Part shown: positions 19,601-31,600 of the stretch, in pieces
Numbering within the stretch: the first letter of the stretch is position 1
Layout: each line of letters begins with the position of its first letter
Origin: Balanoglossus misakiensis
Taxonomy: Eukaryota; Animalia; Hemichordata
Reading direction: 5' to 3'
DNA: 64,000 nt
Assembly: GCA_040954595.2 (NCBI GenBank)
Contig: CM082592.2
Span: forward strand, 7,179,677 to 7,243,676
Translations under genes and position numbers: made by a program
The notes under the pieces: generated by a model
Told to the model about the DNA's origin: nothing
Seen by the model: only the letters and a program-made list of their open reading frames with translations
Databases searched by the model: none

Positions 19601-22600
19601 GTTTATACCCCAGGGGACAACCTGCCAATTAATTCTCCACAAACTCCCTGGAACCGAAACCCCATCATTACATTTATGCCTTTGCTGAGGCAAATTACAA
19701 ATTTATCTACAGAGATTTACTACATTGGCGTGCTGTGTTGTCCTATTACACAATGGCTAATAACAATGGCTGGGATTACAGGTGATAGGGCATGCAGCTG
19801 GAATTATAGTTACATCGGTGGGCTTGACATTGTCTGCCTACAGCAAAGCAGCCACGCAAAACTACAGTTACAATCAATACATGTTATTCTCTGCTACAGC
19901 CACCTCATTAAATTTTCAGCAGGCGACAACTGTTTTGTCGTATACCAACACAAAAATACCGCAATACCTACATAATGTACCGGGGTGCAAATCAATTGTA
20001 AGATCAATACGGACAAACAGGGGAAGCGTGCTTTTTGTGAACATATAAACTGATGGCTACACTTTAAAAAAGTCAACGTGAGACCGCAGCATCTGAATAT
20101 TGTCAGGTGAGCATGGCAACAGGATGTCAACGGATTACTGCCATACTGTCCAGGTGGAAAATGTAGTGGGGGTTTCGTGAATCAATTTTTTATAAGGTTT
20201 TGAATGAAATCGAAGATTTGAGAAACCACGGAAATCCATCGGAAGTGAACGATGACCACCGCATCTGTATTGAAATTAAAATAAACACAGAAACTGACAA
20301 CAGGGAGTCTGACAAGGAGACGAGACGTTTAGCAGCAAGGTGTCGTTACCTCGTTGTGATCGCATCCAAAAGGCACATGAACCCAGCAGCGGTACTTGGA
20401 ATGTCCTTGGCAGTCACGCGACACAGAAGTCTCAGAGTGATAGACAACCGGCTCCGGAGTCACCATCATCATTAAGTAAAATAGCCATAGCAAAACATCC
20501 ACGCAAAGAAAAATATTAAGTACAACTGCCCCTGTGCATAGCGTTAGCCTGTTAGCTAGCTAAGCAGAGTGGCGCGTTTACGAGTGTCATAGTCACTGAT
20601 GCATCCATCTGCACAAAAGATAAACATGTAACGCTGTCAACCTAGAAAACTGAAGTGTATCTTTTCAGCGCAGGCGTACTGGCCTCAAGAGTAATTCATA
20701 TGCAAATCGCTTGTGCATCAAGTGATGATTATACCGAGGGATTTGGCAAACAGCAAGCAACGACAATCTCAAGGAGATTTAAAAAACCATGGAGCAAGAC
20801 AGTTACGTAACACTCGTCTCTGCTGACGCATCTGAAAAATGCATCAAATTGATGATTATCAATGCTGTATCAAATTCTCACCATATGCTAGAGTACAACT
20901 GAATTTCATTCATAGATTCTAGCAAGTCATAAGAGGGAAATATCATTCTGGTTTGTGTAAAACTCACAAGATATGTCTATCAACACTGATTACGTTGTTT
21001 AGTCATAATACCAGGTTTGATCAAATTATTTCCCTATTAATGAGGTTGTGAATGAAGTGGTATGAATTTTGAAATTCAAGATAACGAGGTTGGATTTCAA
21101 AGAAGGCTTCAAGGAATTTCTTCGGATCTCACATTGGTGGTGGTGGTGGTGGTAGGCTGCGAATCTTGTCTTTTAGATGAGATAATAATCATGTTTTTTT
21201 TAACCATAAAGAGTTATACAAGCACAAAAAACAACATGAAGGCAAGGTTTCTGTTTTTGATTAACAGGTGGTTCTACAGAGGGCACTACAGAGGACCACC
21301 TTAAACACCGAGTTCAACTTGGGGTCAAAAGTGTTTAACGCAGCTCTCTCCAGAAAAAAAACATGCATATAAAAGACAATGTCTTTTTTTTACCATCGGC
21401 AAACATTAGAAGCTGAAAAAGCCTTTGAAGATCAATTTTGGCGCCGCACAACCTTGATGATCATTGAGAAAATAGGCGTGTACAAATTGCAATGTGTGCG
21501 GGGGTCTTTGTCCGAGCTTAGAATCTGAACCCATTAGCTGACCTGTGACCTGACCTTCTGACCTTTCTATGTCTTGAGGTGCAGCACATAATGCGGGTTC
21601 CATTATAGAAGTGTGCAATCTGTCAGACTGTCTGAACACCCGTCCAGAGATGTAAGACAAAGTCTAGCTCCGGGGGAATCATAGAATGCCTCTTTGTACC
21701 AAAAATAGGTATTAGTTGTTTGCTATTACTCCGAGCTAAAAGTGGGACCACATGATTGGTCCACGCTACAAAGACCGGATTAAAATTCAAGTGATTCTGG
21801 GGTCATGGAGAGCACAGTGTTGCCATGGTTATAGGAGTGAGCTGCATTACAATGATACTGAATTTTGTAAACAGTCAGCCATGCAACGGAAGTTGAGGGC
21901 AGAAGAAAAACAGGGATTTGGCAATCTCAAATAATTTATGGTTTGTTGTCAAAACATAAACTTTGATGTGGTAAAAACCGTTCCACTAATTCACTGTCCT
22001 TCAGTGATAATCTATCTTGCCAAACAACTTAAACAGAGAGAGATGGGTTGGTTAAGTTTCCAAAGGCCAACTGGAAATATACCACTACCAAACTTTCCCC
22101 ACCGTACAACTCTATCTGTACCAGAAAGACATAGTCTTGGCTAATACCTGCAACACTCAACAAAAGCCCCACATGACATGAACGGGACATGCCAACACAA
22201 AACATGCACTGGAATTGTTGGAATTTACAGAGGAAACCGTCTGCAGTCGAAAAAAAAAAGTGACCCAGACTAGAAACTTTCAGAGAGGACTTGCGTTCAA
22301 AACCACCCTGGTGTTTGTCACTTTGCTTGCATTTTCAGATTCAGAATGAGTGATTTTGCAACCACATTTCCAATTTCTGAGATCACTAACTCTTTGTAAC
22401 GGAGAGAGAGAGACGCGTCTGCTAATTCCACAGGGACTGCATTGACAGGTGACCGGGGTATTGTCATGTGCCGCAATGCCCCTGAACTGGCAACAATACT
22501 GAAGAATTTCTGATATGTCGCCTAAAAAAGGACAGATTATTTCTAATTGAATTAGTGTAAATAAAATATGCAAGTGCTACTCCTGTACATGGAATAATTT

Positions 22601-25600
22601 TTTTGAGTGCTGACAGTGTTGTTAAATCACCATGATAAAACAAAATTGTAAAATTCGGTCTGCCGTGCTTGTGATCCATCCCTTTTCCACAGTACGTGCT
22701 CAGACGTAGAAACGAAACGAATTACCCGACACAAAAGACCAAACGACCTGCGCCAAGAGTAAAAAGGCAACTCACGCTGTCGAGACGGCAGCGATCCTCC
22801 TCTTCGAACGACTGCAAACTCACCAGACGAACAACTCGGCATTTCCACGCGAAACCGTTCGGAGAAAGTCCACTTTTCAGGGTCATTGAGACGCTACCGC
22901 CGACTCCACATAGCAGACGAAACAAGAACGACGACGCAAAACTGGATGCTGACTCTCAGTGTTGGTGAATGAATGAATGAATGAGGGGGAGATTTCACCT
23001 TGCGCTAATTTGATTTCAGGACAAATAATGCTGTCACTCACGTGGAAAATGCATACGTAAGCCGGCCAGCGGTGTCCTTAGTGAAGAACATGACACTGCC
23101 TGTGCATAAACTACAATGCGCAATCCATTGTTCTGTCATCTGTGGACACGCTTGCGGGTCTTGATCTAATCTTTTTTTTTCTCCGTTCCGATAATTAACG
23201 CCAATACAAGTAGATTAATTAGAGTGGGTTGGTTCGAAGCCAAGGAGGCCCTCATTCCTCACGTAACAATCTGAGATACAGCACGCAATTTTTTTACTGA
23301 ATTCCAACAGCGGAAACTCAAATGCGTGGGCTCGCTTTGCGAACAGAACAAATGAACATACCAGAACTGGTCCCCAATTGAGGTATTTTTAGGACTATTT
23401 TTTCCACAAACAGAGGATGTTTTGAAATCAATCATTCACATGCCCCCAGCACTGTTAGTGTCAACCGATATAACCTTGTAAAGCTGGAGGGATTTACAGT
23501 TGAAGGGATGTTTTCATCGGAACTCTTTAACAGAAGATAAATCTTTACACGGCTTTTCATTTCTATCGCGGACTTAAACAAATAAGGTCTTGCACATTTA
23601 GAAATAAATGAGCAGCTGAATACGGACGGCCTCATCGGAAATCAATCTTCAAAATCTGTCACGGAAGCACTAGGTGTAGTAATCCCGAACGTGCCAAACC
23701 AAGCGTTCAACTTAGATTTTTTTAACACCTCAATGACACCAACTGTCAATGTTCTTGAGTTATATATCTTTAGCTGGAAAACTAGTTCACAGGTCAGAGT
23801 GAGAAAAATTGGCTGTCTATTTTGAAAGATTACTAGGTTACATTCCTGTGTTTTTCTAGGTGATGTGATGGAGCAGAGTAGGAGATAAGCCCCTGCCTTT
23901 GCAGGTGCAAACGCAGGTCACAGAACTATGCAAGTGGTGTTTACCTGTCAGATGACATGTGCGTGGTCCCTGAAACGTGTGTGCATGTACAAATGAGAAG
24001 ACGATGTAAATAAAAAATGCGTATGATCTATATTGGGCAAAAGCAAGTCATCAGAAACTTTAACGACAAAAGAACAGAAAGGATGGGTGTGAGTGTCAAA
24101 TGAACCTTGTCGTAATTTATATCAACTGTCATTGAAACAGTTTGGATAGTAACAGAGGAGCCCAACAGAGGGCGCTCTTCTTATCCACCAAATTCTCACG
24201 GAATCTGACAAAGGAAGGACGGAGGGATTGTGTACGGATTAAGTGAATTAATTTGTCAGAACATGTTTTCTGCCGGGATAAATTCACCCGCAAATTCTTC
24301 AGAGATGGTTCCAGAATACCACTCATTGTTTCTTCTTTTCAAAAGTGGAAGAAGAGTTTTTTTGGTAATGATTGAAACAGGAATTGCTTTGTTCACAGCG
24401 CCTTAAAGCTGTCAACCCGAGGTATAGTGTTAAACCATTTGGAGGTGAAAACCAATTATGAAACAAAAGCTTGGGGTGGGAGTCCTCACAGCTTGGATAG
24501 ACTCCCTCACAATTTCTATTAATCCCCCCAAAACCCCCATTGTCATACTTCACATCCTGCGACAGTTGTTCAGAGTAAATAACGTTGAGGCAAAATAAAA
24601 ATAAAATGTCAAAATTCACCCTTGGCATTCCACTCGTCACCATTTGTCAATGCAAAACTAATCGGTTGTTGATCAACTTTTTCTGAGTTTATGCTTCAGA
24701 GAAACAATTACATGTTCTTCAGCTAATCCATGCCGTGTGCATGCAGGGGTTCAGCTGTGATGACACAAAGTATTGAAAATTCATGCTGTCTTTCACTAAT
24801 TAAGTTAACAGCTATCTTCTTCTAAACCAACACATAACCATGACAACAAATCGTTTCAGACCCTAGACAACACAGTGGCTTTCTCTTTGTGTCTGGACCA
24901 ATCAGTGTGCTTCAACCCTCCTGGGGGAAACGGGATGACGATTTACCTTTTGTCAGAGGTCAAACGGCAGACATCCTAATTGCCAAAGCGAGCCACTTGG
25001 AGTAGTAAACAAACAATTGTGCAAAACAAGCTAGAGGTCAATCACCCCGCGGGAAGGCGTTGTGCCACCACCTTTAGTGAGGCACATTGATTTCACTTCA
25101 AGGATGGAATTCCTTCAGATTAAGACATCGTCGGGAACAATGAACGGTTAGCAGACATCGATGACGTGACATGATTGATATTAGATTTATAGCCGGACTT
25201 GCCAATGACAGCTGAAGAACTGAATCGTCAAATAGCTGCCTCACGGCGATATGGCAGTGAGCAGTCCCTTCTCATGCAAAGGAAGGCCTGACGTCAGTAG
25301 CTGCAAATTCTCTTTAATTGCATTGAGATTGAAACATTACAAAAGCCAGGGCCAATTTCATAAATATCACAAAATCCAATCTTAAGAAGGAAATCTCTTT
25401 GTATACACCACCATGCAACTGATTTCAACATATCCCAAAAAGCACAGAATATTACCAGTTATGCAATCTAACATGCCAGACCACCAAATCAACATCATGT
25501 ACATCAGCAGAAAATGTACTTTTCAAGTAAAAGATACGTTTGATGATTTATGTCAGCAGGTACTATACTAGTTGTTAGCCATCTTCCAACATGTCATTAA

Positions 25601-28600
25601 ACATGGTGGTTTAATCGACCAAAGTCAATTATTTTCAGCTATAAATGTCACACATAAAAGTCAAAAATCTGGAGAACACCTGCAAACCTAACAGAACATT
25701 CTCACTCGGTGAAAAACACACATTCTGGGCAGCACTATTGTCTACTGTGGAGTGCTAATCCTTTTTGAAAGTCTGTGTTGACATTGTATAATTATTGTCA
25801 AACTACTGGAATCAAATCTCCATGTGCAACTCAATGGGTGTGTTTTTTAGCACGAAACCGTGAAAACTAATACAGTAATCTTAAACATGGAAATGCAGGC
25901 CAGATAAAGGAATGCTACTATTAATGGATCTTTTTCTGAAACGTTATTTCTTGTGTGAATATACACCTGAGTTTAGTTACACCTCCCCCTCCAATAGACT
26001 GATTACATTTGGTTTTAATTTTACATGGTTCTTGTAGCAATTGGTTATGATTAATCTTTGTATCTCAGTTAGAGTCAGACTTGCTCGGCCATAGGCCCAC
26101 TATGATTAGTTTTTGGTCCAAAGGATCAGGTAGGACCATAAAAATGTGTTGACACAAATGTTGCAAATTCTCAGATGTACACAGAACAGTCCTGTTTCGT
26201 CAATGCATTCCCCTACATAGTATGATCTTTTTTTTTACGTCAATTGGTATAACACACGAGTTATATAACTCAGGGTTTTTAAAAAACACCATTGTCCAGA
26301 ATCGGGCACACAGCTAGCTATTGTCACCACAGCGAGGTGTTTGTCACACCGGAATAGATGAAAACATCCCGGATAATCCAAATCTGTCTTACATTCCAAC
26401 AACGAAAAAGAATAAACCTACGGAATGACGGATGGCATACGGCGAGACTAGACAGACATTCGAGTTACCAACCTTAGGTTCATTATTGTTGTTGAACGAC
26501 TTCAACACGACCAGTTTCCTCTTGGTCGCCGGAATGAAATTGATCGCTGGTGGTGGTGTGGTCATGTTCTCCGGAGGCGACCTCCACCGTACGTCCGTGA
26601 AATCTCACATCAATAAAACAAAATTTCCAGCGGATCTTAGCTGTATTGATCTTCGCAGACAAAGTGCAACGGACAGGCTGTTCTGCTCAGTCTGACATTA
26701 AATGATTGTTTTTTTCCTCCGAGTATTCGAATCCACTCGGTTGTCTAGTGTCCACGCGTCTCCTCAGGCTAACTGGAATCCCCACAATACAAGCCTCAGA
26801 TCTCCTTTTCCGATGCATACATCAACAACAGGGAGACAAAATAACGGGAGGTGTCGCTGTCCGCTGGACGTGGGCCCAATCAATGAATGGAAACACGGCT
26901 GCCTATTGTTAGCGGCGACTAAAAGCGAGGGGGGGGGGGGGGTGGCCTTTTTTTTGTCGCTGGCAAATTATTGCATATTAACTGTAATCCTATTGTTCTG
27001 TACCCCATTCACAGCCTCCAAGAGTCATCGCAACGACGTCGCCCCTTCAGAACCTGAACAAGCACAACCTCAGTGCATCACCTCCTTGTCGCGTTTGTGG
27101 GAAAAACCTAGCAGATGACCACTTTATTTTCTGCTCCACAACGTGCTATCAGGGGGACTCTATCTCTCGTTACATAACAGCCTGACAGAAATGAACCTCC
27201 AGGGAAATGATAGCAACATCTGATTTGATTAGCCACACCACTAGACATATTTACAATGTACACTTCCGAGTGTCAACACTAAACACTGGCAAGTGTCTGA
27301 GCCACTGTTTTGTCATCAAACATACCTGTACTGATCAAAATAATTATAACAGCCTTCCCCACCCCCCAAAAAATGAAATTTACATCGGCACCACTTGTCT
27401 CAAAATAAGCCTAATTTTGAACACTCGCTCTTCCCAGCTGCCAAAACTGTGGAATCTGATTTGAAAGAATTTGCTAAATCGGATTTCTGGTATCACCTGA
27501 TCAATCTTGAAATGGATTTGTTTGCGTACATGAAGTTGGAGGCCAGTCAAGTATGTGTTTGTACCTTGTCTATAAACAAGATTCATACCAATTATTCCAA
27601 TCCTGGTTATGTTACTGGGTGATTCAAAAATATCTTCAGGGGAGAAAATGATCGTTTTCATGATCCTTGTAATGTTTAGTTTAAATAATTTTCACAATAA
27701 AGTAACACAACAGATGGCCAGGAAAATGATATTAGATTAAAATTCACAGCTGTGTAGTGTGTAATCACTAATCCAAGGATATACGATATTCAAAAAAATA
27801 TGAATAACTGTAATGGAATCATGGCAAAGATTGTTCCACAAGAGGCTGCTTGTTTGTTAACCTAACACCTCTTTAAGGAGATATGCCCCTCCCCCTCAGA
27901 GGGGGTTGTTTTCACAGCCAATCTGTTGATAAAGAGGAGGGGGGGGGGGTAACATGACTGTCTGCTTATTAGCATGCAAATGGCAGGCTCTTATAACTGT
28001 CTGGAGAGAACAGCTGTAAATCATATCTGTAGACAAGAGGCATGCAGAGTACAATCTCCAGTGATGACAGTCTTGACTTCAGGTCAGTCATCTTGAGACG
28101 TGAGACGCAAATATACAATCACATGTATAAACAATCCCAGCTAATCAACTTCTAACATTTAAACCATTTCATGGGGCCAAGCACAGAACAGACAGAATAC
28201 ATGTACCCCAAAAATCCATAACAGGCCTCTCCCTAACTTTTCATCAATACTTATTTTGAATATGAACCCTGGAAAGATCAATATCATGATAACTGTTACA
28301 ATACAGCTAATTGATTTATTTTGATCCTTGCATGGACAAAACCATAGTCAGTGAAAGGGGTAACATGAAAAGTAATATAATGGTATACTGGTACTACTGC
28401 TGTACGCAGCTAGCAAACTTCCCATTTGGTCCAAGCTCAACAACCACACATATGCAACACAACGACTTTATACAACATACAAACACCACCAGTAAAAGAT
28501 CACACACATACACATACCAATACTCTCACTCTGCAGATTAATTAATTAAAGGCAGTATCATTACCTGGCTTAGGCCCAGTCTGTAATTCAAGGCATCAAT

Positions 28601-31600
28601 GTCCAAATTATCCAACAGCTCAGCTGTGGCCTGCAATGGAAAACCAAACACACTCACTGAAAAATATACCAAGATTTTATTGTGACTTCAACACTCAATT
28701 TTTTTAACACGTCGATCTCTTAACATTTAAGACTTTTCTTATCTCAGGAATTAAAAATCTGTTGTTTTTACCTTCTTTTCATCCAGTACAGGGCTGTTTG
28801 ATTTGTTCTCTGCCGGTGCCAGGATTTCAAATCGACGACGAAACTCCGTAAACAACATACTGTCCGGGTAACCTGCAAAAGACAACACAATTCCATTGAG
28901 ACATTTTTGATCTGTTGATCCGTTCATGGTGGCAACATCTCCAGTACCAGTTTCAGACTTGTACAGACTCTTTTCTTTTTTTTTTCACGCGTACAAGTCA
29001 AGTTTGTCTGAAAAGAAACGATTTGCATAATCACATTGTTTTCATTGCTTGCTGTGTTTTAACACTAACCAGTTACTTAGGGTCTTCACAGCCTTTGTCA
29101 GTTTCTTTTTTTTCTGTCAATTTTATAAGCTGTTTTGTCAATGGAATTTTAGCCAACATTAAGAACATACACCAATTTTGTCCTAATTTTGAATTGAAAA
29201 CAGCTGTGTTGCCAATGCAATTTAAAACTAAATTAGGGAAAGATACCAATTTTGAATTTGAAACAAACTACTTGCTGGGGTCATGCAAACCCCATACTTA
29301 CAAATCTCACCCTTTTGACATCTTGAACAGACACTCATCGAGTGAAACATACTGAAGAAAAGTTTACAAAGAAGCTAATTGCACCTCCAGAATCCAAGAC
29401 CACCCCCACAACCCCCCGGAATACCCACCTTGTCTGTATATCCGAACCGCTTCCAACAGCTCGGCACCGCGGACTTGGGATCGGAGAAGCGGCACGCTCA
29501 GGATCTCTCCGGACTTCAGAGTGGGACTTTTGGGATCGCTCAATCCGGCACTGGATTGCGGAAGAAGACAGTGGACAAAGTGCAGCTTGGTGCGTCTCAG
29601 TTGATCCAGCAAACCGTCCTGGAAGGCAAGATTCAGAGGCAGTCAGAGAGACGATTCCAAAGAAAGAAGTCTGCCACGTTCAAATAATGCATTACGTGAT
29701 TGAATCCTAGCAACAAGTGATGAGATGTTGATGAGAAAATTAGGGGTTACAAATACAGTCAGACTTACGAGTTGGAACTTGACTTGCAAGCAGAGCGACT
29801 TTCTCTTGATGCCGGCAGCCCCACTGGTGTAAGACCTTCTGAGACTGGAGGCTCTTCTCAGGGAGGAGCTGCCCTCCATGCCAACCACCGATCCCGTCAT
29901 TATGCTTGGAAGGCTGCCTCGCATACTAAGGAACAAACTGCTGATGTTACTCCTGCAGATAAACACAAGAATAAACCATGCAGTTTAATCATTTTTATTA
30001 TGAATTACATTTATCTGTTTAATATTAATGCATTGATGTTCAACCTTTTCATAACATGAACTGCTGGGCAACGATCAGATTTCCCAGCATGCCTTTCAGT
30101 GTGCCAATGGTCAGATCCTAAACCACAAGCACATAAAATCTACCCCAACATTCCTTGTCTTGTTTCTTGCTAGCCACTGAACTTTGATGTGTGAAACACA
30201 GCAAATTGTCACTTACTTGCCAGAATCTTGCAGGACAGTGGCTGCCACTCTGCTGACAGGATTCTCACGGGACAGGCCCAGCCATCCCGTGGCATTGTAT
30301 TCTACTGGTTTTGTGCCTTGGAAGTGGTTCAACACAAAACAGTTTTTGTTGGGACTGATGCTCACCAATCCCTCACCTGTCAATGGAGAAACAATGTATT
30401 TTTTTAAATTGGAAACTAAATTAAATTTGAAAAATTTCACACAATTATTCATTATTCATGCAATTCTTTTTATCCAAAATACATTTCTAGCTAGGCATGA
30501 CCTTTGAACCTACTTTTCTGAGAGTCCTCCCCATAATGAATGAAAAATCTCTCCATGAAGCTTTCGTCATTTGCCCCTGGGAATATGGACTCCTCGTCCA
30601 GTAACCACAGCAACCCTTTCTTCTCGACATTCTTGGAGTCAAAGCCAGGTCTCACCTGCGGATGATAATTAGAGTGAGTGAGTGAGTAAGTGAATGAATG
30701 AATGAATGAATGAATGAATGAATGAATGAATGAATGAATAGATGAAAGAAAGAAAGAACGACAAATATACTCACTATTGCCTGTTGTGATACTTTGTCAA
30801 TCAAATTGACCATGGGTGCTGGCGAGGACACCACAGTGTCAAAATCACAGTCTATGTTCTCCTGTACAGATGAGAAAAAACAGTCACGTCAGGATAAATA
30901 TTATGTGGATCAATATTATGTGAATTTGTCTCTTCCCGAACAGGATCAGATCCCAGTGGAAAAACTCACCTGTGCATACTTGTCCTGTTGCGAGGTGAAG
31001 ACCGTGTCATGGAACAGAAGCTGTAGTCTCTCCTGGGCGTAGTTGTCGCACAGATCCTGGAAACTGGCCCCGCCTTGCCGGCTGACGGAAGGATCCTGGA
31101 AGCCCGGCATATCCAGGATGAACAGGGAGGACATGATCCGGTAGTTACTGGTCAAGGCTCTGTGGGACACAAACGGATAAGGAGTTATGAATCGACATGA
31201 ATTTCGGGGGCTGAAGGGTTAAACATGTGTCCATTGATAATCATGCGTGATTCAGTACAATCAAAGACTTCAATACTGCAGGGTTAACTGGGTACCCACT
31301 GAGCAGACGCAAAAACTGGCGAGCTGAGTCACACGCATCATCACCACCCACCTGTTAATGAGACCGACGACAGCACTGACCACTTCACCGTACAGACCCA
31401 TCACCATGCCTTCCAGGGACTCCACAGCATTCAGCGACTGGTCGCCCTTCTCGGCCGGCGACCCCGTCCGGAACGGCGTCCTGGTGGGCGTGCCGGTCAG
31501 GCTGGATGGGTGGAAGATGGCCCTGGCCAGCTCCTCCTGGGTGGTTCCCAGCAGAGTGGCGGCCTTCTGAGCTTCCGACGGGTTGGCAAACTGAGCTTTT

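Noticed and set aside
23940-24990. Strong minus-strand donors near 23945 (CAG|gtaaac) and 24947 (AAG|gtaaat) as further first exons
   Set aside because: The nearest ATG gives phase 2, or the phase-0 frame has a stop. They could only be non-coding exons, with no further support.
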